A stretch of DNA of 64,000 nucleotides from Monocercomonoides exilis PA203. Lineage: Eukaryota > Protista > Preaxostyla. The notes below the pieces were generated by a model, which was not told where the DNA came from, made no database searches, and saw nothing but the letters and a program-made list of their open reading frames with translations. A program made the translations under genes and the position numbers. Positions 25,632 through 38,193 of this stretch are shown here, one piece after another. The stretch spans positions 1,426,001 through 1,490,000 of the forward strand of contig LSRY02000010.1 of assembly GCA_001643675.2 (NCBI GenBank), written 5' to 3'. How positions within the stretch are numbered: position 1 is the stretch's first letter; every line of letters starts with the position of its first letter.

Positions 25632-26631
25632 GGGTGATTTATAAACCCGAACATTTTTATAAACCCGGTTATTTTTTTTGTTCGTTGAAACAGAATAAAT
25701 ACAACATAAAAATATAAAAAGCAAACATTTATTTATTTATTTGACAATTTTATGACAGTACTAGAATTTTTTTGTTTCAATTTTTGTTTTTGACGAAGAT
25801 CAAAGGAATTTTTAATTTATTTTCGATCATTTGTTTTGCTTGTTTTTAACCAACTCTCTTTCTTTGTTTATTTTTAATTACAATGTCATAAAACATGCAT
25901 ATTGACCTTTAATAATTCCAAATGTTCTATGTTTTTATCTTTTTTTTCTATTGTTTTTCACATTTCATCATTTTTGTCAAAAAATATGAAAAAATGAAAA
26001 TTATGAACTGTAAAATATTTTTTACGTATTAAAAATGATATGCATGAAAAGAAAAAGGTTTGCATAAAGCATTCATCGAGTTAAAATTTTATGAAATGTT
26101 GTTGTTTTCATTACACACATCAAATATTGAAAATGATAAAAATGTTCATTTTGTGTTCAATTTAATTTAAAATGACTAATTATTAAGATTACCAATGCAT
26201 TATTATCATTTTTACACGACATAGTTATTAATAATCCTTTAAATAAAATATAAGCTCGGTAATTTTCATTTTTTCATATTTTTTGACAAAAATGATGAAA
26301 TGTGAAAAACAATAGAAAAAAAAGATAAAAACATAGAACATTTGGAATTATTAAAGGTCAATATGCATGTTTTATGACATTGTAATTAAAAATAAACAAA
26401 GAAAGAGAGTTGGTTAAAAACAAGCAAAACAAATGATCGAAAATAAATTAAAAATTCCTTTGATCTTCGTCAAAAACAAAAATTGAAACAAAAAAATTCT
26501 AGTACTGTCATAAAATTGTCAAATAAATAAATAAATGTTTGCTTTTTATATTTTTATGTTGTATTTATTCTGTTTCAACGAACAAAAAAAATAACAGGGT
26601 TTATAAAAATGTTCGGGTTTATAAATCACCC
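25632..26631. mobile_element. 1000-bp foldback/MITE element with 372-bp arms and TA flanks
   Basis: 25632-26003 is the reverse complement of 26260-26631 (one mismatch seen), with a 256-bp spacer. Termini GGGTGATTT resemble the pogo TIR at 8254. Confidence 0.92.
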
Positions 26632-29565
26632 TATTGATATGCAACGTAGCAAAATGAAATGACCTTGTTCACAATGAGACTTCTTCCTCACATTTGTCAT
26701 TTATCTTCCTCTGAAGAATTCATCTGACTCATTTCATTTCATTCGCTGCAAACTTCTTCTTCTTCCACATTTCTGTTCAACTTGGGAAGTTGATGCACTT
26801 CATCAGGTTAAACAGTTTGCACATGATCAGACAACACACAACCATCTTCAATGATATTTTTTATTTCTTCGAAGAAACAGCTTCATTTACTTCATCTGAG
26901 CATCCTCAAAGATTTCAAATGAAAAGCCAACAGAACCAAGCCATGGGCGATTCATGATCAGTCAACAGACGATGACCATATTTCAAACAGAATGGAACAG
27001 AACATTGTCTCAGAAGAACACAAAATGGATGTGTTGTTGGATGCTGAATGTGTGATTGCTCAGTTGGAAGAGGAAAGATGAATTTGATGATGAGATAAAC
27101 GATGCGGAATGCTTGAATTGAAGAAAAGAGAAAATGGGATGTTGAATGATGGTGATTGTTGTTTGGAATGGGGAAAAGAGAAAGAGAGAAATTGAGATGA
27201 AGCGAGAAACGAGCTGAGTGAGAGGGAGGACAAACTGAAGTGGTTTTTGAATGAAAGAATTGATTCGAAAAAAATGTCATATTTGCATTTCTTTCAGAAA
27301 GATCGATATAAGCTTCAACATCAACATTTTCTTCCTCTTCCTTTTCATCACTGCCTTCATCAAACAAAGCATAAAGGATTATGATCAAAGTGTTAACTTC
27401 TTCCTCTGAAATTTGAGGGAGCGATGTTATTCTTTCCAAAATCTTCAAAAAGAATATATTCATATATATCAGCAGGCTTTTCTTAAATATCTTTTTATTC
27501 AGATTTCCTATTCAATCTGTCTATCTGCCATTCGTTCAATTTTTAAAAAAAAAGGTTAATTCCCTTCAAAAATGACTTTTCCCAAAAATCGCTTTATCTC
27601 ATTGTTTCATCTTCAGCAACTTTTAAAAAATGCACACGGCGTTATAAAATCTCAAGAAAATCATCTCCACAATCATTCGTTCCAAATATTCTTTTCTACC
27701 CTGTTTTTTCTATTTTCTGTGAATTCTTTCAACTTCCAAATTAATAATTCAGATTCTATTTCTATTTTTTATTGCGCACTTTGTGGTCGACTTTTCTCGA
27801 TAGGATTTAGAATCATTTCCGTTGCTGTGTTTGGTTGGTTGAAATTCTATGTCAGAATAAATATTTCTTTCGTCTTTCTGAATAGAAATAAAAGATGATG
27901 CCCGGAGCTGAATTCGATGGAATTTGATTGAAAGATAATAATCATGTTATTTTTATGATCATTGAAGAAGGTGTTGAAGAAGAATACAGTTTGAATGAAA
28001 AGAAAAATATTTCTTCTTTGACATTTCATCGCGAGATTCATGAATGAAAAGAAGAATTATAGGCGCATTTGGTGAACGGTCGTTGAGAGGAAGAAATGTG
28101 AATGAAGCTATTTTTCGTTCAATTTTACGGAGCTGCTGATTGCACAACTGAAAAGTATCAGAAGGTCGATGCTCCGACCCAGTAGGAAGTAATAGATCAA
28201 CAAAGATGAAGCAGAAAAAAATGAGAGGAAGAAGAAGGTGCATAAGAAGGTGAAGAAGAAGGTGAAGAGGAAGGAAAAGAAGAAGGTGAAGAAGAAGAAG
28301 GAGAAGGAGAAGGAGAAGGAGAAGAAGGAGAAGAAGGAGAAGAAGCGAATTTAGAATTAAAAAAATGGATTAGAAGACTTTTTCTACATGAGTTGGCTGC
28401 ATCATTGTGGTGCAATCAGAATAAGTTGTACGTAATGAATTTCAACAAACGGATAAAATTACAATCCTCGTGATGCAGATGATGAAAAATAAATAAAAAA
28501 ACAGCGTCGAAAGAAGGATGAAATGTTGAAGAATAAATCAGTGAGTGGGAGTGTTGATTGAATTGCCGAAGAAGACGAAAAAGATTCTGAAAAAACAAAT
28601 ACAATCTTGCGTTCAATGTCTGCCTTCTGCTCCAAATGTCCAACAAATTGAATTGCAAATCAAATAGTTTTTCTGTCAGAATATTACAATGATTCTCCTT
28701 AAAAATACTCAATGAAAAGAAAGTGCCAAATCCATTTCTGTGAAAAGTGACTTGTCTCTCTTTTCGGTTGGGACAATTTCCTTGTCTTCTCTGTATAACT
28801 TTTTTTTATCTTTTGCCATCTTCTCCTTGTTTCATTTATCTTTGTTGATGTGAAGTTCATAAATGTTTTCCGATTAAAATGTTATTGTTTTCGGCTTGAA
28901 AAAAATTTGATTGATATATTTTATCGCTTTCACAATGTGAAATAGACTTGTTTGCAAATATCGTATATTTCATTTCCAAAACTTCCATATTTTTTTATTT
29001 CAGTTTGCCGAAATTTTTGTTTTTGTTTGTTAATCATTTTGTTTTGTGTATCATTTGTTAATTATTCAACGAATTGATGAATAATGAAACAAAAAAATAG
29101 TCGGTGAGTTATCATTAATATCAAAAAGATTCAAAAGAAAAAATCGGAAAATATTGTTCCAACAAAAGTGAAAGATAAATCAATACCTTTTTTATTTAAA
29201 AAAAAAAGCAATTTTGAAAGCATAAAATTTTCTTAATAGAAACTTTCATGAAATTTTCACAAACTCAAATGAAGCTGAGAATTCTTTGATGAAGTGAGTT
29301 TATTAGAATGAAGAATTTCAAATTAAAATGTCGTAATGTTTTGTTCGAATTGACTGGATTTTTTGAAAAAGGAATTTTTTTTCATATTTCATCAATTGTT
29401 ATTTAAGATCGAGCATCTTTGAAAAATACTTCTTTTAGTTTTATTTATTAAGAAACAAAATTTTGATTCAGGCGAATGAAAGTTCTGCGATATACAAATG
29501 AAGTGAAAGCCAAAAATTCAAAACGAAAATGAAAAAATGAAAAAGAAAATTGATAGGAAAATAAG

Positions 29566-31001
29566 TTAGTAATATATATTATAAACATCAGGATCATCAA
29601 CTAAAGGAATATCGTTTTTATTTGCTCTCCTAAAGCAATGGCAAAATCCGAAGATGCAGTCTTCATATCCTTCTTCTTCCATCACTTCAAGTATTTTTCT
29701 TTTTATCTCAATTCGTTTGATATCATATTCCTTTTTCTCCATTTTTTCTTTCAACTTCCCACAACAATTTTCGAAAACGCTCATCCAAAAAATATTACGC
29801 GGATTGCTCGCATTTGTTTCAATAGTCTCCTTCATTAAAGCGTCAATTGCTCCTCCTTTCAGCAGGTAATCAACTTTCACAACTTTGTTTCTCGCTGAAC
29901 ATATTATGCATCTGATGCATTCATCGTAAATGCATAGATAATTAGCCTTTGCAACATGAAGCACTTGAATAAGGCTGCGAATAAGCCCAATATATTCTTC
30001 ATTCACAAACCTGCATGAATCTAAGAAAGATTTCAGTGTTTTGAGCCATTTAACAAAGAAAATCACTTCCTTCTCGACTTTTTCTTCTTTTTTCCAAGCT
30101 TTTCTCTTCCAATCAATACACTCCGTCAGCTCTTCCAATTCTTTTGGTGCTTCCTTCCTAAAATGCAAGTCATTCACTATCATAACTTCTAAGTTTCTAT
30201 CAATGGACAATCGGTTCATCAAAAACTGCCAAGCAGATTGGAAGGCAGGATGAGTAAGATTGTGGTGCTTCTGATGATGTAGAATTATTTCCTTCATCTC
30301 ATTCAAGTAAATCTCTTTTTTAATTTCCTATTCAAAAAAAAAAAAAAGGGTGGGGGGGGGGAAATAGAAAAAAATCGATAATGTCAAAAAGGAAAAGGAA
30401 TTGTTCATATTACCCCAAATCCAGTGCAGCTCAAAGCCAGTAAAGCAAATTCTACTTCTTTCTGAGTCTCCTTGTTTTCTTCTTTCTTCAACGCGACTTT
30501 CAAAAGGCATGACATACAAATTAGATGCAATTCAGATGGAGCACTGCTGCTCAGTAAAAGATAGCATTCACAAAGATCAGCAAAAAGCTTTTCGTTCTTT
30601 TCTTCTTTTTTCTTTTCTTCTTCAATAATGATCTTCTCAAATCTTTCGCCCAATGATGAATCTTCAAAGCGAATGAATAAAATGGATTTTAATTCTCTGA
30701 CATATCCCATGTGCCTCAAAAAAGTAATGGCATTTTCCAATGATAATTTATTCTTTTCAATCATTTCATTGATTTTGTCGAATCGTTTTATTGTGAAACT
30801 TGAATAAAAATCATTTATTTCCATCGTTCCAATCAATGCGTTCATTTCTTTAATTTTCTGTTTCTGTTCACTTTCGTCGTTGCTTTCAAATTCAGAAAAT
30901 AATTCTTCAAAAAATGCAAAGAGAAAGAAAAAGAATCACGATCATCATGATTTAAAATGCATCTTTGCTTGCACACCAGCGAACTTATCAGTTATTTCCA
31001 T
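29566..31001 (-). CDS. KMEEEGYED-family alpha-helical protein, copy 3 (3 exons, apparently intact)
   Basis: Short exon MEITDKFA, then ORFs 30405-30845 and 29566-30306 carrying all family motifs, separated by GT-AG introns. Confidence 0.75.
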
Positions 31002-31544
31002 CTGTCGCAATTTTTCACAAACATGACATTCGTTTTACATCGAAATTTTTGAAAATTCACATGAAACAGAACACAGAGATTGATAAAAATGACAAATATT
31101 TCCATAAACTAATCTATAATTTATATGCACTCATACTATCCCCCCTTGAATGAACTCCTTTTGCAAATAATAACGATTTACACAATGTTAAATCTTTTCA
31201 AATTTGTTTTAATGGAAGATTTGATTAAACCCGTTTTTATTAATTTCTGGAACAATTATTGATGCGAAGAATAAAAAAGATACGACCTATTAGCATTAAT
31301 TAAAGAAAAGTGAAATTTATTGGATAGGAAATTTTTCTTTGTAAATTTCAAAAATTATTTCAAAAAAATAACTGTCAAAAAGAAATAGAATAAAATAAAA
31401 TAAATAAATAAATAATTATGAAAGGATATATGCAGATTTGTTAAATTGTGATAAATATTTGTTTTTAGTATCTTGAATTGATGCAAATTTTTCATTTTGA
31501 ATGAAAAATGTTAAATTTAACAAAAAGAGATTAATTTATTTCGT

Positions 31545-33280
31545 TAGAGAACTAATGAAAATACAACTCCTCTTTCTATTTGAGATATCATTAATTGGGC
31601 ATGTTTTGTGTCTCCTGTTCCATTAATATTGCGTAGGCTCTTGTTACCACTCTCTCTGTTCGTGTGCAAATATTTCTTGATTTCTTGACAGTTATTTGGG
31701 AACATGATCGCTTCTAATCCTCGTCCTGATCCATACAAACATTTTCCTTTTTTTGCAGTTTATCTTCAACTTCTTTATCTTCTTCATTTTCCTTATTGAT
31801 ATCCTTCTCCTCTCCAACAGTCTGCGATGATTGCGACTCTTCGATGTCCATGTCAATGCTCTGTTCTGTGAGAGAGGGAAGCTGTTGTGTTGGAATGGAA
31901 CAATTTGTCTGCAAAGATAGTTGTGGGGAATTGAATGTTTGTGGTTGCGCCAGCAAAAATCCAATTGAGTTTGAAGATTGCACTCTTTGAAAATACTGAA
32001 AGGAAGGCTGAAGATTAAAGATCTGAGGTTGTTGTTGAGTTGACACGATGATATTTTGTTGAACAGGAGATATGTCAATTGCAGATTGGCTCAACGTCTG
32101 AATGTTTGCTGAAGCAGATCCTTGAGAAATTTGTGCACTCCAAGGTTGTATTTGAGATCCTGTTTGTGGGAATGGTTGGTGTTCTGTCAGAACCTGGGCC
32201 ATCGCTTGAGCAGTGTTTGTTTTGAAGAAAGAATTAGTTGGTGTGTGAGCCGTGGGAGACAATTTTGCAAAGTTTGCAACCAGAACCTTTGAAACTCCAC
32301 CGCAACGAGAGCAGACAAAGCCGCATGCTTTATAGTGTGAGGCCGAAACGAGGGGTTGATTCCTGCCTGCTTCATTGCTAACTTTGCAGGTTTCCGAATA
32401 CCATCCTTGTACATTTTTGATCTGGTTCTCGTGTTTATTTTGAACGTATCTCTTTCTGGATACAAAACTTTAATTTGGTTCCGAAGTTCCAATGTTGCAC
32501 GCACTGGGTATATATTTGACAGGATCTCCATCAGTTTGGGGACTGTGATGAACGATCTTGCTCGTCTTGTTTTCAATTGGACTGAAAGATGAATTGCATT
32601 CCCAAAGGTTATCGAATCGTTCATTGAAATGCTCACCAGTTCTGAAAACCTGCATGCAGTGAATAACATATACAGAGTGATAGATTTCAATGTCAGAGAG
32701 TTCATGCTCAAAGTCTCATTGGGCCACAGAGTTCGGAGATAATTGAAAAGGACCTGTGGATCGCGTTTTTCCTCGTTCGGAGCTCTTTTCTTTTCCTTTC
32801 TCATGATAGAGCGAAAGATTGCCTTTATTATCGGCACTGTTCCTAAATCGAAAGAGAAAGCACTTCTAGTGAATAGCGACACTTCGGACCTTGTTTGCTT
32901 TAAGCACTGAGGAGGAAAACCCTCATTATCTAAGCATATGAAAGTGTCCAAGCACTTCCTCACCCAAATCACAGGATCTGACGGTAATTCCCCCATATTC
33001 CCCTTGATCCAAGCGTTTGCGAAATGTGCGAATCCAAATGTGTATGTTGTCCATGTTGACGCTGCAATACTATTTTTTTTGTGTATTATCATGCTGTCCG
33101 GAACATTAAGTTTTCGTAGGCCCTGCTCAAACCACTGTTCACGAGCCTTCTTGACAAGGGAAAGCTTATTGCCAGGTGACCTCCCGGAGGAAGCGCTGCT
33201 CCTCTCGCCTTCAGACCCTGCCCTGGTAGAAATATCATTCGTGAACATCGGTTAAGGTCTATTCTGTACCAGTTTGGAAA
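31545..33280 (-). mobile_element. 5'-truncated DIRS element of a second subfamily (MT tail, YR and terminal repeat remnant)
   Basis: YR ORF 32187-33248 (LFTACRFSEL, PHTIKHAALSAL) continues after a frameshift in 31714-32262. The overlapping frame GQGLKARGAALPPG parallels GPSMRWTNASLPPG of the first element. The rc of about 31545-31590 (ATCTCAAATAGAAAGAGGAGTTG) resembles the first element's ITR. Confidence 0.85.
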
Positions 33281-33769
33281 GACATTAAAAAATATTTTTA
33301 TTAGCATCTTATTTATTCTAATAATTATTGAAAACAAACTGCTGATGAAAAAAGTTGAAATTCATTTATCAAAAAACGTAAAAATTTCTTTTTTTCTCAA
33401 CCCATTATATTTTCCTATTGATCGCAAAGAATTAAAAATTCAATTTTTGACTTTGCAAAGTATTTTCATATATTTCATTTGTGTGATTTTAATCAAAATC
33501 ATTTATGTTTATCTTTTGTTTCCTAATATTGTTATTACACCATTCGTATGTTGCTCTTTTCACATTATAACTTTATTAATGTATTTATCACTTTTGCAAT
33601 TATATAAATTGAAATCGCATTATAAAATATATATAGCACTAAGACATATTGAAGATTAATGTGTATATGTTTTAAATAGTCGAAGAATATTCTATCAAAC
33701 TGTCTTTTATTTTTTTTTGTTTTTTGATTTGACTGAATAAGAAAAAACAGTTTAAGTGGAGAAAGATTT

Positions 33770-34400
33770 CACGTGTTTGAGTGCACATTCGCTTAATGCT
33801 CTGTTTCAGATCGATATGGTGGATGGATGTGCTGTTACAATGTTCCGGCTGCATTCAAAATGAGGAGCCTTAGATCTATTTCGTGCTGGGCAGCATCATG
33901 CGATGGAGGATTAGATTTCAGATAAGTTCAATCAACGGCTCCGAGCATCAACACTTATTGCTATTTCATCTTTTTCCGTGATTGGAGATGCACAACCACT
34001 TGCACTCCATATGGGCATGATGAATATTTGGAAGATTATTTCAATCTCTTTTCGTTGAATAACCCATTTTATGAATCATATACAACGAATAGCAATAAAA
34101 GGAGAGTGTGTTTTGCTGACAGTAATTGGGTGTATCAGCGCACAGAAAATAAGGATTGGCTGAAGGAAGGGATGAAGGATCGGTATGTTGGGGTGAGTGG
34201 AGATGACTCGAGCAATCTGTGTGGGGTGAGTGAAGCAGCGCCCTTCAAGACCGTGGGGAATGCGGTGGGATCGAGCATGGCACATCTGAGCTCGACAATC
34301 ACAGTGCTCGGTGGGATACATGTGAGTGAAGTGGCAACGATCAGTGTTGGGGAAAAGAAGATTTCTGTTGTTGGGGGAGGGAAGGCAGTGAGTGAAAGGG
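33770..34400 (+). pseudogene. Fragment of a surface-protein family gene
   Basis: PFYESYTTN...KDWLKEGMKDRYVGVSGDDSSNLCG...PFKTVGNAV contains a YV..SG.D...CG...P motif like the one at 9870-9930. Upstream frames are broken and the sequence character changes abruptly near 34400. Confidence 0.6.
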
Positions 34401-35356
34401 ATGAATTCTCTCTCTATGTCTTTGACAAAGTTATAGGAAGTTCGTCGATAAATGTGTTTGCAATGTCTGTTGGAGTCGGTATTCTTTCGCTGGTTGAAAT
34501 AACTGCAAATTCCAGGCCAGAAGGAGATCATTTAATAAATGCATCCGTATTTATGCTAGTAATGCCACAGCTTCAAAACATCGCCGTTGAAGTGAAAAAA
34601 CTCGATTCTGCCGTAGCTCCTCGTCTCCAATCTGCACTCCTCCTCTTCTCCATTTTCATTGCAACCTTCACCTTCCTCGCTTTTTGGGCCAACCCAGGCA
34701 CTTGGATCATAGAAAAATTCTTCTGTTTTGGAACATCGCTAGCTGCTCCCTTTAGTGGCATTAAATATGCAGAAAAGGCATACAAAAAGAGAAACATGCA
34801 AATATTTCCTTCTAAAAATAAACAAAGTTATAGATATTTTTTTTTCAGAGCAGAAAAGATCACATTATAATTCGGAACAGTGTTACTCACAGACATTCTC
34901 CTTTCACACAATGCCAATCTTTTAACACCGCTAAGACATTTTCCTAGTCCTGTGCATGGAATAAGGTATAACAAACAATTTTAATTAGAAGAAAAAGCCT
35001 TTGTTACAATTAATATTTGCCCAATTTAGCAGATAAACTTGCTCAGCAGCCATGATCTCTCTAAAATTCTGTTCAAGGTCAAAGATGATTCAGTGCTCAA
35101 TGCATGGAACATTCATAACAAATATTATTTGTAACTTTCAGCTTTTTTATCAAATCATCTGAATACACAAATTAATGAATATTCTTTCTGTAATCTCTTT
35201 TTAAAGGAAATACTTTTAAAAGTGAGAAATGATATTTACTAAAAGAGAAAACGAAACATGAAAATATTAAATATATGGAGCTTTCTGTGAACGTAAGACT
35301 GAAGATAGAATGAAATGGATTACTTTTTGAATAAAAAAAGTTGAAAGAAGCACGAT

Positions 35357-35401
<45 letters not shown>

Positions 35402-37925
35402 AAAGATAATCCACAAATTATAAGACAATTTCTTTGAACTTTCCACGCAATTCCCTCAATCCTACAAGCCACTTCTTTCAATTTGTCTCCTCTATATCAT
35501 CCTTTTCCTTCTTCTCTCTTTCCAACGAGCTCAATTATACCAAATGATCTCCATTTCCTTTCCTCTCCCCTCCCTTCCAAAAGTTAATTCTTTCAACTTC
35601 TCTCATTGAGTAGCTATTGATCTTTTGCTGATACTCCATAGGAAGTGTACCCATCCAGAATCTCCTCCACTTTTCTCGCTCAATTCAAAAAGGCTCTTCC
35701 ATAACTCAGTCTCTGCCCCACAGCTCACCACTTCTCCTTCATTTTTATTCTTTTCTTCTATCTGCCTTTCCCGATATGATGTCTCCGAATTTCGAATCTG
35801 CTGTTGTCTCCATTGTCATTGTCAACAATCTCAACAAGAATAGATTTATCTCCCTCAAGAACGTAATTATCCTTTTCATTTTTCCAGCACCACATCTTCA
35901 ATGCACATTCACATTTCTTTCTTTCTTCTTCTTCTTTCAATTTTCCATTTAAGCCAATCCAAAGCCAATATCCAGCATTCTTATACGGTTTTGTCAAACA
36001 TGTTTGACCTTTCCACCCCGATCCATTGGTCCAAGCCCCTATTGACATTCCAATTCTTTGCTCTAATTCTTTTCTTTTTTCCAACTTCCTAACGCGCACC
36101 TTGAAGCATATGGAAAATTGCATATTTCTTTATTGGATTCTTTGACTTCAATTATTTGATACGCCACACATTCAAGTCAATTGCTAATCTTGGAACATAA
36201 GAACAATAATGAAGAATTTGTGAATATCAATATCATAACGATTAACAACAAGCAATAATATAAATACTTGAACCTCAGAAAATTATCGCTGAAGAACATT
36301 TATTCGATGCAACAGTTAGATTTAGGATTTGCATATTGATGCTTTTAACATTAAATTCGAAAAATAACATAAATAAAAAACGAATTAATAACAAAATCTC
36401 ACAGTCAAACAACGTATATTGAACTTTTTCAGCCACTATAGCATCGTGAAGTTTCCTTGAACTCTTCAAAGTCAACGAATGAAGTTTTTAATTCATCATG
36501 ATCTGAAGGAAAATATTATGGGTTGAAAAAATCCAGAAATAACAAATATTTTGATGGAAGAATCTTGACTTTTTCCATCAGTAGTTTGCTTACAATAATT
36601 ATATGCATTAATAATATATATATTATAATAAAAAATAATTCTTTTCCAAACTGGTGCAAAATTGACCTATGCCCAAACAAATCATCCAAAAAAAGAACTG
36701 GCATTGTTAAGTGTATTTTTTCTCTTTATAACAAACTATTTTACTATCCCAATTGTCACTGGAATCGGAAATAACTACCATTTAGAGTGTTTTGACAAAA
36801 AAATGTTTAATTTGTATCAAAATGGAAATTTGAACAGATTTTTCTGTTTTTCAATGAAGAAGTTTAACAGACATGAATGTGTTCGAGTGCCATTCACATA
36901 TGATAGCATGATTGAAAACGTGAATGAAATTGCATCAATGAAATCGATTTTCAAATTGATCATTACATATTATTCTTTATTTTTATCCATTTATCTCAAA
37001 ATACATCTATTTTTGTGTAATACTGAAATCGAATTTTTTTATCGTTGAAAAATCTTGAAAAATGAAAAAAACGTTTTCCATTCAACAAAAGCAAATAATA
37101 TTTTAAAATTGAAATTTTTCAATAATAGTTAGGGAAAAAAAACACTTCATGGAAAAAACCTCTGCACAATGGTCTAAATAATTCTTTGTTAATTGTTGAT
37201 ATATGAAACCGTGTTAATTCTTGAAGACATGAAATGCATTCAGGTGATTTCCACTGTTTTTTTGAAAAAATACATTTTTATGGATAAGTCGATCAAATAT
37301 ACTCAATAATACCAATTTTCTCTCCATATTTGATAATCAGTCAGTTTGAAATTAAATATTGTTTTGTGGTTTGAAAAATTGAACAAAAATACTCAATTCA
37401 AAGCATTGTTTTGATGAAAATTATCTTGCATAAAAGCTTGAAGTGTCAAAAGGCAGTTATCGAGTGATATGCAAAAAAAAAATAAAGAAAAACAAAGACA
37501 GCATGCAATATCTACTTATTGAAAAGAAAAGATAAAAAGTTCACATTAAATGAGTGATAATAAAACAGATTTATAAAAATCAACATGATCCTGTTGAAAA
37601 CAAAAGAAAATGATATTATATCATTTGAATTCACCGAAAACGACTAATGCAAACTTTATTATTCAAGTTTTAAGGGATTAATTTTGATGTTCAATGAAAA
37701 CACAGTTTGTAAACAGGAGCAATTTTGAAAAATTTATGTTATGGTTTTCTTTCCCATATTCTATATCTGTTCGTCAATTCTTCAATAAGTCATTTATTTT
37801 ATTTGCCAAATAATATTTCAAAAATCTATGATGTAAATTAAAATCCGGGCGTTGTTTTCGTTCGAACTACGTGAACAATATCTGTAAGGCCAAATACTTT
37901 TACAAAATGTTCCTTTAATACATCT

Positions 37926-38193
37926 GGGGGAAAATACGGACTTTCAAGCTTTTTATGCACAAAGCATGAAAAAAATATTTTTCTAATAACATTTATAAAC
38001 TTAACCAGATTTCAAAAAAAATTTGATTTTCATTACTGTTAGCAAACATCATTGATATAATAACATTATGTTTTGCGACCTCACTTGTATTTCAAAGAAT
38101 AATCCTATTTTTTTCAAATATTTTAATCACAAAAAGTCAATGAACAGTGCATAATTTTCCGATGAAAATGCTTGTAGTTATATATTTTGTCCC
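37926..38193 (+). mobile_element. 268-bp MITE (family A), TSD ATCT
   Basis: Termini GGGGGAAAATA...TATTTTGTCCC, with ATCT at 37922-37925 and 38194-38197. Homologous to 59123-59390 and 60533-60804. Confidence 0.88.

Noticed and set aside
26640-28800. Possible IBR/RBR ligase pseudogene (CSVPFCLKYGH...HESP) on the minus strand
   Set aside because: Too decayed; the Cys/His spacing is incomplete and no consistent frame can be rebuilt by eye.
35359-36123. Poly(A) tract plus neighbouring decayed ORF as a non-LTR retrotransposon 3' end
   Set aside because: The poly(A) is on the opposite strand to the coding-like text, and no TSD or RT motif was found.
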